Below, piece after piece: positions 26,101-41,100 of a stretch of DNA of 64,000 nt. The stretch is from Yuukianura sp. NJ FZ-2021 (taxonomy: Eukaryota): contig JAJCTO010000009.1 of the NCBI GenBank assembly GCA_046563655.1, forward strand, positions 434,001-498,000, given 5' to 3'. The notes under the pieces are model-generated. The model made no database searches, was not told the DNA's origin, and was given only the letters and a program-made list of their open reading frames with translations. Position numbers and translations under genes: made by a program. The number at the start of each line of letters is the position of its first letter. Positions within the stretch are counted from its first letter, which is position 1.

Positions 26101-29100
26101 TTGTACTAGAGAACGGTGTGATCAACAAAATGTGTAATTTCCACTCATTTTCGAAAATTTGTTGAATTATAAACGGGGTTATGAACTGCTCGGCACTATT
26201 TTCTGTTATCGTCAAAGGAAGATTATCGGTACAACGTATTTTACCACAGAGAAATCCCCGCTGCTACAAGTGGCAGCTCTGACTGACATGCAAACTTATA
26301 GTAGCCACCATAGCCTCCATGAGAAGGAGCAAACAGATATTTTGAAAGCATTCTTGTACAAGAGAACGGTGTGATCAACAAAATGTGTAATTTCCACTCA
26401 TTTTCGAAAATTTGTTGAATTATAAACGGGGTTATGAACTGCTCGGCACTATTTTCTGTTATCGTCAAAGGAAGATTATCGGTACAACGTATTTTACCAC
26501 AGAGAAATCCCCGCTGCTACAAGTGGCAGCTCTGACTGACATACAAACTTATAGTAGCCACCATTGCCTCCGTGAGAAGGAGCAAACAGATATTTTGAAA
26601 GCAATCTTGTACTAGAGAACGGTGCGATCAACAAAATGTGTAATTTCCACTCATTTTCGAAAATTTGTTGAATTATAAACGGGGTTATGAACTGCTCGGC
26701 ACTATTTTCTGTTATCGTCGAAGGAAGATTATCGGTACAACGTATTTTACCGCAGAGAAATCCCCGCTGCTACAAGTGGCAGCTCTGACTGACATACAAA
26801 CTTATAGTAGCCACCATTGCCTCCATGAGAAGGAGCAAACAGATATTTTGAAAGCATTCTTGTACAAGAGAACGGTGTGATCAACAAAATGTGTAATTTC
26901 CACTCATTTTCGAAAATTTGTTGAATTATAAACAGCGCTATGAACTGCTCGGCACTCTTTCCTGTTATCGTCGATGGAAGATTATCGGTACAACGTATTT
27001 TACCACAGAGAAATCCCCGCTGCTACAAGTGGCAGCTCTGACTGACATGCAAACTTATAGTAGCCACCATAGCCTCCATGAGAAGGAGCAAACAGATATT
27101 TTGAAAGCAATCTTGTACTAGAGAACGGTGTGATCAACAAAATGTGTAATGTCTACTCATTTTCGAAAATTTGTTGAATTAGAAGCGTGGTTATGAACTG
27201 CTCGGCACTATTTTCTGTTATCGTCGAAGGAAGATTATCGGTACAACGTATTTTACCGCAGAGAAATCCCCGCTGCTACAAGTGGCAGCTCTGACTGACA
27301 TACAAACTTATAGTAGCCACCATTGCCTCCATGAGAAGGAGCAAACAGATATTTTGAAAGCATTCTTGTACAAGAGAACGGTGTGATCAACAAAATGTGT
27401 AATTTCCACTCATTTTCGAAAATTTGTTGAATTATAAACGGGGTTATGAACTGCTCGGCACTATTTTCTGTTATCGTCAAAGGAAGATTATCGGTACAAC
27501 GTATTTTACCACAGAGAAATCCCCGCTGCTACAAGTGGCAGCTCTGACTGACATGCAAACTTATAGTAGCCACCATAGCCTCCATGAGAAGGAGCAAACA
27601 GATATTTTGAAAGCATTCTTGTACAAGAGAACGGTGTGATCAACAAAATGTGTAATTTCCACTCATTTTCGAAAATTTGTTGAATTATAAACGGGGTTAT
27701 GAACTGCTCGGCACTATTTTCTGTTATCGTCGAAGGAAGATTATCGGTACAACGTATTTTACCGCAGAGAAATCCCCGCTGCTACAAGTGGCAGCTCTGA
27801 CTGACATACAAACTTATAGTAGCCACCATAGCCTCCATGAGAAGGAGCAAACAGATATTTTGAAAGCATTCTTGTACAAGAGAACGGTGTGATCAACAAA
27901 ATGTGTAATTTCCACTCATTTTCGAAAATTTGTTGAATTATAAACGGGGTTATGAACTGCTCGGCACTCTTTTCTGTTATCGTCGAGGGAAGATTATCGG
28001 TACAACGTATTTTACCACAGAGAAATCCCCGCTGCTACAAGTGGCAGCTCTGACTGACACGCAAACTTATAGTAGCCACCATAGCCTCCATGAGAAGGAG
28101 CAAACAGATATTTTGAAAGCAATCTTGTACTAGAGAACGGTGTGATCAACAAAATGTGTAATGTCTACTCATTTTCGAAAATTTGTTGAATTAGAAACGG
28201 GGTTATGAACTGCTCGGCACTATTTTCTGTTATCGTCGAAGGAAGATTATCGGTACAACGTATTTTACCGCAGAGAAATCCCCGCTGCTACAAGTGGCAG
28301 CTCTGACTGACATACAAACTTATAGTAGCCACCATTGCCTCCATGAGAAGGAGCAAACAGATATTTTGAAAGCATTCTTGTACAAGAGAACGGTGTGATC
28401 AACAAAATGTGTAATTTCCACTCATTTTCGAAAATTTGTTGAATTATAAACGGGGTTATGAACTGCTCGGCACTATTTTCTGTTATCGTCAAAGGAAGAT
28501 TATCGGTACAACGTATTTTACCACAGAGAAATCCCCGCTGCTACAAGTGGCAGCTCTGACTGACATGCAAACTTATAGTAGCCACCATAGCATCCATGAG
28601 AAGGAGCAAACAGATATTTTGAAAGCATTCTTGTACAAGAGAACGGTGTGATCAACAAAATGTGTAATTTCCACTCATTTTCGAAAATTTGTTGAATTAT
28701 AAACGGGGTTATGAACTGCTCGGCACTATTTTCTGTTATCGTCAAAGGAAGATTATCGGTACAACGTATTTTACCACAGAGAAATCCCCGCTGCTACAAG
28801 TGGCAGCTCTGACTGACATGCAAACTTATAGTAGCCACCATAGCCTCCATGAGAAGGAGCAAACAGATATTTTGAAAGCATTCTTGTACAAGAGAACGGT
28901 GTGATCAACAAAATGTGTAATTTCCACTCATTTTCGAAAATTTGTTGAATTATAAACGGGGTTATGAACTGCTCGGCACTATTTTCTGTTATCGTCAAAG
29001 GAAGATTATCGGTACAACGTATTTTACCACAGAGAAATCCCCGCTGCTACAAGTGGCAGCTCTGACTGACATGCAAACTTATAGTAGCCACCATAGCCTC

Positions 29101-32100
29101 CATGAGAAGGAGCAAACAGATATTTTGAAAGCATTCTTGTACTAGAGAACGGTGTGATCAACAAAATGTGTAATTTCCACTCATTTTCGAAAATTTGTTG
29201 AATTATAAACGGGGTTATGAACTGCTCGGCACTATTTTCTGTTATCGTCAAAGGAAGATTATCGGTACAACGTATTTTACCACAGAGAAATCCCCGCTGC
29301 TACAAGTGGCAGCTCTGACTGACATACAAACTTATAGTAGCCACCATAGCCTCCATGAGAAGGAGCAAACAGATATTTTGGAAGCAATCTTGTACTAGAC
29401 AACGGTGTGATCAACAAAATGTGTAATGTCTACTCATTTTCCAAAATTTGTTGAATTAGAAACGGGGTTATGAACTGCTCGGCACTATTTTCTGTTATCG
29501 TCAAAGGAAGATTATCGGTACAACGTATTTTACCACAGAGAAATCCCCGCTGCTACAAGTGGCAGCTCTGACTGACATACAAACTTATAGTAGCCACCAT
29601 AGCCTCCATGAGAAGGAGCAAACAGATATTTTGGAAGCAATCTTGTACTAGAGAACGGTGTGATCAACAAAATGTGTAATGTCTACTCATTTTCCAAAAT
29701 TTGTTGAATTAGAAACGGGGTTATGAACTGCTCGGCACTATTTTCTGTTATCGTCAAAGGAAGATTATCGGTACAACGTATTTTACCACAGAGAAATCCC
29801 CGCTGCTACAAGTGGCAGCTCTGACTGACATACAAACTTATAGTAGCCACCATAGCCTCCATGAGAAGGAGCAAACAGATATTTTGGAAGCAATCTTGTA
29901 CTAGAGAACGGTGTGATCAACAAAATGTGTAATTTCCACTCATTTTCGAAAATTTGTTGAATTATAAACGGGGTTATGAACTGCTCGGCACTATTTTCTG
30001 TTATCGTCAAAGGAAGATTATCGGTACAACGTATTTTACCACAGAGAAATCCCCGCTGCTACAAGTGGCAGCTCTGACTGACATGCAAACTTATAGTAGC
30101 CACCATAGCCTCCATGAGAAGGAGCAAACAGATATTTTGAAAGCATTCTTGTACAAGAGAACGGTGTGATCAACAAAATGTGTAATTTCCACTCATTTTC
30201 GAAAATTTGTTGAATTATAAACGGGGTTATGAACTGCTCGGCACTATTTTCTGTTATCGTCAAAGGAAGATTATCGGTACAACGTATTTTACCACAGAGA
30301 AATCCCCGCTGCTACAAGTGGCAGCTCTGACTGACATGCAAACTTATAGTAGCCACCATAGCCTCCATGAGAAGGAGCAAACAGATATTTTGAAAGCATT
30401 CTTGTACAAGAGAACGGTGTGATCAACAAAATGTGTAATTTCCACTCATTTTCGAAAATTTGTTGAATTATAAACGGGGTTATGAACTGCTCGGCACTAT
30501 TTTCTGTTATCGTCAAAGGAAGATTATCGGTACAACGTATTTTACCACAGAGAAATCCCCGCTGCTACAAGTGGCAGCTCTGACTGACATGCAAACTTAT
30601 AGTAGCCACCATAGCCTCCATGAGAAGGAGCAAACAGATATTTTGAAAGCATTCTTGTACAAGAGAACGGTGTGATCAACAAAATGTGTAATTTCCACTC
30701 ATTTTCGAAAATTTGTTGAATTATAAACGGGGTTATGAACTGCTCGGCACTATTTTCTGTTATCGTCAAAGGAAGATTATCGGTACAACGTATTTTACCA
30801 CAGAGAAATCCCCGCTGCTACAAGTGGCAGCTCTGACTGACATACAAACTTATAGTAGCCACCATAGCCTCCATGAGAAGGAGCAAACAGATATTTTGAA
30901 AGCAATCTTGTACTAGAGAACGGTGTGATCAACAAAATGTGTAATTTCCACTCATTTTCGAAAATTTGTTGAATTATAAACGGGGTTATGAACTGCTCGG
31001 CACTATTTTCTGTTATCGTCAAAGGAAGATTATCGGTACAACGTATTTTACCACAGAGAAATCCCCGCTGCTACAAGTGGCAGCTCTGACTGACATGCAA
31101 ACTTATAGTAGCCACCATAGCCTCCATGAGAAGGAGCAAACAGATATTTTGAAAGCATTCTTGTACAAGAGAACGGTGTGATCAACAAAATGTGTAATTT
31201 CCACTCATTTTCGAAAATTTGTTGAATTATAAACGGGGTTATGAACTGCTCGGCACTATTTTCTGTTATCGTCAAAGGAAGATTATCGGTACAACGTATT
31301 TTACCACAGAGAAATCCCCGCTGCTACAAGTGGCAGCTCTGACTGACATGCAAACTTATAGTAGCCACCATAGCCTCCATGAGAAGGAGCAAACAGATAT
31401 TTTGAAAGCATTCTTGTACAAGAGAACGGTGTGATCAACAAAATGTGTAATTTCCACTCATTTTCGAAAATTTGTTGAATTATAAACGGGGTTATGAACT
31501 GCTCGGCACTATTTTCTGTTATCGTCAAAGGAAGATTATCGGTACAACGTATTTTACCACAGAGAAATCCCCGCTGCTACAAGTGGCAGCTCTGACTGAC
31601 ATGCAAACTTATAGTAGCCACCATAGCCTCCATGAGAAGGAGCAAACAGATATTTTGAAAGCATTCTTGTACAAGAGAACGGTGTGATCAACAAAATGTG
31701 TAATTTCCACTCATTTTCGAAAATTTGTTGAATTATAAACGGGGTTATGAACTGCTCGGCACTATTTTCTGTTATCGTCAAAGGAAGATTATCGGTACAA
31801 CGTATTTTACCACAGAGAAATCCCCGCTGCTACAAGTGGCAGCTCTGACTGACATACAAACTTATAGTAGCCACCATAGCCTCCATGAGAAGGAGCAAAC
31901 AGATATTTTGGAAGCAATCTTGTACTAGACAACGGTGTGATCAACAAAATGTGTAATGTCTACTCATTTTCCAAAATTTGTTGAATTAGAAACGGGGTTA
32001 TGAACTGCTCGGCACTATTTTCTGTTATCGTCAAAGGAAGATTATCGGTACAACGTATTTTACCACAGAGAAATCCCCGCTGCTACAAGTGGCAGCTCTG

Positions 32101-35100
32101 ACTGACATACAAACTTATAGTAGCCACCATTGCCTCCATGAGAAGGAGCAAACAGATATTTTGGAAGCAATCTTGTACTAGAGAACGGTTTGATCAACAA
32201 AATGTGTAATGTCTACTCATTTTCGAAAATTTGTTGAATTAGAAACGGGGTTATGAACTGCTCGGCACTATTTTCTGTTATCGTCAAAGGAAGATTATCG
32301 GTACAACGTATTTTACCACAGAGAAATCCCCGCTGCTACAAGTGGCAGCTCTGACTGACATACAAACTTATAGTAGCCACCATAGCCTCCATGAGAAGGA
32401 GCAAACAGATATTTTGGAAGCAATCTTGTACTAGAGAACGGTGTGATCAACAAAATGTGTAATTTCCACTCATTTTCGAAAATTTGTTGAATTATAAACG
32501 GGGTTATGAACTGCTCGGCACTATTTTCTGTTATCGTCAAAGGAAGATTATCGGTACAACGTATTTTACCACAGAGAAATCCCCGCTGCTACAAGTGGCA
32601 GCTCTGACTGACATGCAAACTTATAGTAGCCACCATAGCCTCCATGAGAAGGAGCAAACAGATATTTTGAAAGCATTCTTGTACTAGAGAACGGTGTGAT
32701 CAACAAAATGTGTAATTTCCACTCATTTTCGAAAATTTGTTGAATTATAAACGGGGTTATGAACTGCTCGGCACTATTTTCTGTTATCGTCAAAGGAAGA
32801 TTATCGGTACAACGTATTTTACCACAGAGAAATCCCCGCTGCTACAAGTGGCAGCTCTGACTGACATGCAAACTTATAGTAGCCACCATAGCATCCATGA
32901 GAAGGAGCAAACAGATATTTTGAAAGCATTCTTGTACAAGAGAACGGTGTGATCAACAAAATGTGTAATTTCCACTCATTTTCGAAAATTTGTTGAATTA
33001 TAAACGGGGTTATGAACTGCTCGGCACTATTTTCTGTTATCGTCAAAGGAAGATTATCGGTACAACGTATTTTACCACAGAGAAATCCCCGCTGCTACAA
33101 GTGGCAGCTCTGACTGACATGCAAACTTATAGTAGCCACCATAGCCTCCATGAGAAGGAGCAAACAGATATTTTGAAAGCATTCTTGTACAAGAGAACGG
33201 TGTGATCAACAAAATGTGTAATTTCCACTCATTTTCGAAAATTTGTTGAATTATAAACGGGGTTATGAACTGCTCGGCACTATTTTCTGTTATCGTCAAA
33301 GGAAGATTATCGGTACAACGTATTTTACCACAGAGAAATCCCCGCTGCTACAAGTGGCAGCTCTGACTGACATACAAACTTATAGAAGCCACCATAGCCT
33401 CCATGAGACGGAGCAAACAGATATTTTGGAAGCAATCTTGTACTAGAGAACGGTGTGATCAACAAAATGTGTAATGTCTACTCATTTTCGAAAATTTGTT
33501 GAATTAGAAACGGGGTTATGAACTGCTCGGCACTATTTTCTGTTATCGTCAAAGGAAGATTATCGGTACAACGTATTTTACCACAGAGAAATCCCCGCTG
33601 CTACAAGTGGCAGCTCTGACTGACATACAAACTTATAGAAGCCACCATAGCCTCCATGAGAAGGAGCAAACAGATATTTTGGAAGCAATCTTGTACTAGA
33701 GAACGGTTTGATCAACAAAATGTGTAATGTCTACTCATTTTCGAAAATTTGTTGAATTAGAAACGGGGTTATGAACTGCTCGGCACTATTTTCTGTTATC
33801 GTCAAAGGAAGATTATCGGTACAACGTATTTTACCACAGAGAAATCCCCGCTGCTACAAGTGGCAGCTCTGACTGACATACAAACTTATAGAAGCCACCA
33901 TAGCCTCCATGAGAAGGAGCAAACAGATATTTTGGAAGCAATCTTGTACTAGAGAACGGTGTGATCAACAAAATGTGTAATTTCCACTCATTTTCGAAAA
34001 TTTGTTGAATTATAAACGGGGTTATGAACTGCTCGGCACTATTTTCTATTATCGTCAAAGGAAGATTATCGGTACAACGTATTTTACCACAGAGAAATCC
34101 CCGCTGCTACAAGTGGCAGCTCTGACTGACATGCAAACTTATAGTAGCCACCATAGCATCCATGAGAAGGAGCAAACAGATATTTTGAAAGCATTCTTGT
34201 ACAAGAGAACGGTGTGATCAACAAAATGTGTAATTTCCACTCATTTTCGAAAATTTGTTGAATTATAAACGGGGTTATGAACTGCTCGGCACTATTTTCT
34301 GTTATCGTCAAAGGAAGATTATCGGTACAACGTATTTTACCACAGAGAAATCCCCGCTGCTACAAGTGGCAGCTCTGACTGACATGCAAACTTATAGTAG
34401 CCACCATAGCCTCCATGAGAAGGAGCAAACAGATATTTTGAAAGCATTCTTGTACAAGAGAACGGTGTGATCAACAAAATGTGTAATTTCCACTCATTTT
34501 CGAAAATTTGTTGAATTATAAACGGGGTTATGAACTGCTCGGCACTATTTTCTGTTATCGTTAAAGGAAGATTATCGGTACAACGTATTTTACCACAGAG
34601 AAATCCCCGCTGCTACAAGTGGCAGCTCTGAGTGACATGCAAACTTATAGTAGCCACCATAGCCTCCATGAGAAGGAGCAAACAGATATTTTGAAAGCAT
34701 TCTTGTACAAGAGAACGGTGTGATCAACAAAATGTGTAATTTCCACTCATTTTCGAAAATTTGTTGAATTAGAAACGGGGTTATGAACTGCTCGGCACTA
34801 TTTTCTGTTATCGTCAAAGGAAGATTATCGGTACAACGTATTTTACCACAGAGAAATCCCCGCTGCTACAAGTGGCAGCTCTGACTGACATACAAACTTA
34901 TAGAAGCCACCATAGCCTCCATGAGACGGAGCAAACAGATATTTTGGAAGCAATCTTGTACTAGAGAACGGTGTGATCAACAAAATGTGTAATGTCTACT
35001 CATTTTCGAAAATTTGTTGAATTAGAAACGGGGTTATGAACTGCTCGGCACTATTTTCTGTTATCGTCAAAGGAAGATTATCGGTACAACGTATTTTACC

Positions 35101-38100
35101 ACAGAGAAATCCCCGCTGCTACAAGTGGCAGCTCTGACTGACATACAAACTTATAGAAGCCACCATAGCCTCCATGAGAAGGAGCAAACAGATATTTTGG
35201 AAGCAATCTTGTACTAGAGAACGGTGTGATCAACAAAATGTGTAATGTCTACTCATTTTCGAAAATTTGTTGAATTAGAAACGGGGTTATGAACTGCTCG
35301 GCACTATTTTCTGTTATCGTCAAAGGAAGATTATCGGTACAACGTATTTTACCACAGAGAAATCCCCGCTGCTACAAGTGGCAGCTCTGACTGACATGCA
35401 AACTTATAGTAGCCACCATAGCCTCCATGAGAAGGAGCAAACAGATATTTTGAAAGCATTCTTGTACAAGAGAACGGTGTGATCAACAAAATGTGTAATT
35501 TCCACTCATTTTCGAAAATTTGTTGAATTATAAACGGGGTTATGAACTGCTCGGCACTATTTTCTGTTATCGTCAAAGGAAGATTATCGGTACAACGTAT
35601 TTTACCACAGAGAAATCCCCGCTGCTACAAGTGGCAGCTCTGACTGACATGCAAACTTATAGTAGCCACCATAGCCTCCATGAGAAGGAGCAAACAGATA
35701 TTTTGAAAGCATTCTTGTACAAGAGAACGGTGTGATCAACAAAATGTGTAATTTCCACTCATTTTCGAAAATTTGTTGAATTATAAACGGGGTTATGAAC
35801 TGCTCGGCACTATTTTCTGTTATCGTTAAAGGAAGATTATCGGTACAACGTATTTTACCACAGAGAAATCCCCGCTGCTACAAGTGGCAGCTCTGAGTGA
35901 CATGCAAACTTATAGTAGCCACCATAGCCTCCATGAGAAGGAGCAAACAGATATTTTGAAAGCAATCTTGTACTAGAGAACGGTGTGATCAACAAAATGT
36001 GTAATGTCTACTCATTTTCGAAAATTTGTTGAATTATAAACGGGGTTATGAACTGCTCGGCACTATTTTCTGTTATCGTCAAAGGAAGATTATCGGTACA
36101 ACGTATTTTACCACAGAGAAATCCCCGCTGCTACAAGTGGCAGCTCTGACTGACATGCAAACTTATAGTAGCCACCATAGCCTCCATGAGAAGGAGCAAA
36201 CAGATATTTTGAAAGCAATCTTGTACTAGAGAACGGTGTGATCAACAAAATGTGTAATGTCTACTCATTTTCGAAAATTTGTTGAATTAGAAACGGGGTT
36301 ATGAACTGCTCGGCACTATTTTCTGTTATCGTCAAAGGAAGATTATCGGTACAACGTATTTTACCACAGAGAAATCCCCGCTGCTACAAGTGGCAGCTCT
36401 GACTGACATACAAACTTATAGAAGCCACCATAGCCTCCATGAGAAGGAGCAAACAGATATTTTGGAAGCAATCTTGTACTAGAGAACGGTGTGATCAACA
36501 AAATGTGTAATGTCTACTCATTTTCGAAAATTTGTTGAATTAGAAACGGGGTTATGAACTGCTCGGCACTATTTTCTGTTATCGTCAAAGGAAGATTATC
36601 GGTACAACGTATTTTACCACAGAGAAATCCCCGCTGCTACAAGTGGCAGCTCTGACTGACATACAAACTTATAGAAGTCACCATAGCCTCCATGAGAAGG
36701 AGCAAACAGATATTTTGGAAGCAATCTTGTACTAGAGAACGGTTTGATCAACAAAATGTGTAATGTCTACTCATTTTCGAAAATTTGTTGAATTAGAAAC
36801 GGGGTTATGAACTGCTCGGCACTATTTTCTGTTATCGTCAAAGGAAGATTATCGGTACAACGTATTTTACCACAGAGAAATCCCCGCTGCTACAAGTGGC
36901 AGCTCTGACTGACATACAAACTTATAGAAGCCACCATAGCCTCCATGAGAAGGAGCAAACAGATATTTTGGAAGCAATCTTGTACTAGAGAACGGTGTGA
37001 TCAACAAAATGTGTAATTTCCACTCATTTTCGAAAATTTGTTGAATTATAAACGGGGTTATGAACTGCTCGGCACTATTTTCTGTTATCGTCAAAGGAAG
37101 ATTATCGGTACAACGTATTTTACCACAGAGAAATCCCCGCTGCTACAAGTGGCAGCTCTGACTGACATGCAAACTTATAGTAGCCACCATAGCATCCATG
37201 AGAAGGAGCAAACAGATATTTTGAAAGCATTCTTGTACTAGAGAACGGTGTGATCAACAAAATGTGTAATTTCCACTCATTTTCGAAAATTTGTTGAATT
37301 TATAAACGGGGTTATGAACTGCTCGGCACTATTTTCTGTTATCGTCAAAGGAAGATTATCGGTACAACGTATTTTACCACAGAGAAATCCCCGCTGCTAC
37401 AAGTGGCAGCTCTGACTGACATGCAAACTTATAGTAGCCACCATAGCATCCATGAGAAGGAGCAAACAGATATTTTGAAAGCATTCTTGTACAAGAGAAC
37501 GGTGTGATCAACAAAATGTGTAATTTCCACTCATTTTCGAAAATTTGTTGAATTATAAACGGGGTTATGAACTGCTCGGCACTATTTTCTGTTATCGTCA
37601 AAGGAAGATTATCGGTACAACGTATTTTACCACAGAGAAATCCCCGCTGCTACAAGTGGCAGCTCTGACTGACATGCAAACTTATAGTAGCCACCATAGC
37701 CTCCATGAGAAGGAGCAAACAGATATTTTGAAAGCAATCTTGTACTAGAGAACGGTGTGATCAACAAAATGTGTAATTTCCACTCATTTTCGAAAATTTG
37801 TTGAATTAGAAACGGGGTTATGAACTGCTCGGCACTATTTTCTGTTATCGTCATAGGAAGATTATCGGTACAACGTATTTTACCACAGAGAAATCCCCGC
37901 TGCTACAAGTGGCAGCTCTGACTGACATGCAAACTTATAGTAGCCACCATAGCATCCATGAGAAGGAGCAAACAGATATTTTGAAAGCATTCTTGTACAA
38001 GAGAACGGTGTGATCAACAAAATGTGTAATTTCCACTCATTTTCGAAAATTTGTTGAATTATAAACGGGGTTATGAACTGCTCGGCACTATTTTCTGTTA

Positions 38101-41100
38101 TCGTTAAAGGAAGATTATCGGTACAACGTATTTTACCACAGAGAAATCCCCGCTGCTACAAGTGGCAGCTCTGAGTGACATGCAAACTTATAGTAGCCAC
38201 CATAGCCTCCATGAGAAGGAGCAAACAGATATTTTGGAAGCAATCTTGTACTAGAGAACGGTTTGATCAACAAAATGTGTAATGTCTACTCATTTTCGAA
38301 AATTTGTTGAATTAGAAACGGGGTTATGAACTGCTCGGCACTATTTTCTGTTATCGTCGAAGGAAGATTATCGGTACAACGTATTTTACCACAGAGAAAT
38401 CCCCGCTGCTACAAGTGGCAGCTCTGACTGACATACAAACTTATAGTAGCCACCATAGCCTCCATGAGAAGGAGCAAACAGATATTTTGAAAGCATTCTT
38501 GTACAAGAGAACGGTGTGATCAACAAAATGTGTAATTTCCACTCATTTTCGAAAATTTGTTGAATTATAAACAGGGTTATGAACTGCTCGGCACTATTTT
38601 TTGTTATCGTCAATGGAAGATTATCGGTACAACGTATTTTACCACAGAGAAATCCCCGCTGCTACAAGTGGCAGCTCTGACTGACATGCAAACTTATAGT
38701 AGCCACCATAGCCTCCATGAGAAGGAGCAAACAGATATTTTGCAAGCAATCTTGTACTAGAGAACGGTGTGATCAACAAAATGTGTAATGTCTACTCATT
38801 TTCGAAAATTTGTTGAATTAGAAACGGGGTTATGAACTGCTCGGCACTATTTTCTGTTATCGTCAAAGGAAGATTATCGGTACAACGTATTTTACCACAG
38901 AGAAATCCCCGCTGCTACAAGTGGCAGCTCTGACTGACATACAAACTTATAGAAGCCACCATAGCCTCCATGAGAAGGAGCAAACAGATATTTTGGAAGC
39001 AATCTTGTACTAGAGAACGGTGTGATCAACAAAATGTGTAATGTCTACTCATTTTCGAAAATTTGTTGAATTATAAACGGGGTTATGAACTGCTCGGCAC
39101 TCTTTTCTGTTATCGTCGAGGGAAGATTATCGGTACAACGTATTTTACCACAGAGAAATCCCCGCTGCTACAAGTGGCAGCTCTGACTGACATACAAACT
39201 TATAGAAGCCACCATAGCCTCCATGAGAAGGAGCAAACAGATATTTTGAAAGCAATCTTGTACTAGAGAACGGTTTGATCAACAAAATGTGTAATGTCTA
39301 CTCATTTTCGAAAATTTGTTGAATTAGAAACGGGGTTATGAACTGCTCGGCACTATTTTCTGTTATCGTCAAAGGAAGATTATCGGTACAACGTATTTTA
39401 CCACAGAGAAATCCCCGCTGCTACAAGTGGCAGCTCTGACTGACATACAAACTTATAGAAGCCACCATAGCCTCCATGAGAAGGAGCAAACAGATATTTT
39501 GGAAGCAATCTTGTACTAGAGAACGGTTTGATCAACAAAATGTGTAATGTCTACTCATTTTCGAAAATTTGTTGAATTAGAAACGGGGTTATGAACTGCT
39601 CGGCACTATTTTCTGTTATCGTCAAAGGAAGATTATCGGTACAACGTATTTTACCACAGAGAAATCCCCGCTGCTACAAGTGGCAGCTCTGACTGACATA
39701 CAAACTTATAGTAGCCACCATAGCCTCCATGAGAAGGAGCAAACAGATATTTTGGAAGCAATCTTGTACTAGAGAACGGTGTGATCAACAAAATGTGTAA
39801 TTTCCACTCATTTTCGAAAATTTGTTGAATTATAAACGGGGTTATGAACTGCTCGGCACTATTTTCTGTTATCGTCAAAGGAAGATTATCGGTACAACGT
39901 ATTTTACCACAGAGAAATCCCCGCTGCTACAAGTGGCAGCTCTGACTGACATGCAAACTTATAGTAGCCACCATAGCCTCCATGAGAAGGAGCAAACAGA
40001 TATTTTGAAAGCAATCTTGTACTAGAGAACGGTGTGATCAACAAAATGTGTAATGTCTACTCATTTTCGAAAATTTGTTGAATTAGAAACGGGGTTATGA
40101 ACTGCTCGGCACTATTTTCTGTTATCGTCAAAGGAAGATTATCGGTACAACGTATTTTACCACAGAGAAATCCCCGCTGCTACAAGTGGCAGCTCTGACT
40201 GACATACAAACTTATAGAAGCCACCATAGCCTCCATGAGAAGGAGCAAACAGATATTTTGGAAGCAATCTTGTACTAGAGAACGGTTTGATCAACAAAAT
40301 GTGTAATGTCTACTCATTTTCGAAAATTTGTTGAATTAGAAACGGGGTTATGAACTGCTCGGCACTATTTTCTGTTATCGTCAAAGGAAGATTATCGGTA
40401 CAACGTATTTTACCACAGAGAAATCCCCGCTGCTACAAGTGGCAGCTCTGACTGACATACAAACTTATAGAAGCCACCATAGCCTCCATGAGAAGGAGCA
40501 AACAGATATTTTGGAAGCAATCTTGTACTAGAGAACGGTGTGATCAACAAAATGTGTAATTTCCACTCATTTTCGAAAATTTGTTGAATTATAAACGGGG
40601 TTATGAACTGCTCGGCACTATTTTCTATTATCGTCAAAGGAAGATTATCGGTACAACGTATTTTACCACAGAGAAATCCCCGCTGCTACAAGTGGCAGCT
40701 CTGACTGACATGCAAACTTATAGTAGCCACCATAGCATCCATGAGAAGGAGCAAACAGATATTTTGAAAGCATTCTTGTACAAGAGAACGGTGTGATCAA
40801 CAAAATGTGTAATTTCCACTCATTTTCGAAAATTTGTTGAATTATAAACGGGGTTATGAACTGCTCGGCACTATTTTCTGTTATCGTCAAAGGAAGATTA
40901 TCGGTACAACGTATTTTACCACAGAGAAATCCCCGCTGCTACAAGTGGCAGCTCTGACTGACATGCAAACTTATAGTAGCCACCATAGCATCCATGAGAA
41001 GGAGCAAACAGATATTTTGAAAGCATTCTTGTACAAGAGAACGGTGTGATCAACAAAATGTGTAATTTCCACTCATTTTCGAAAATTTGTTGAATTATAA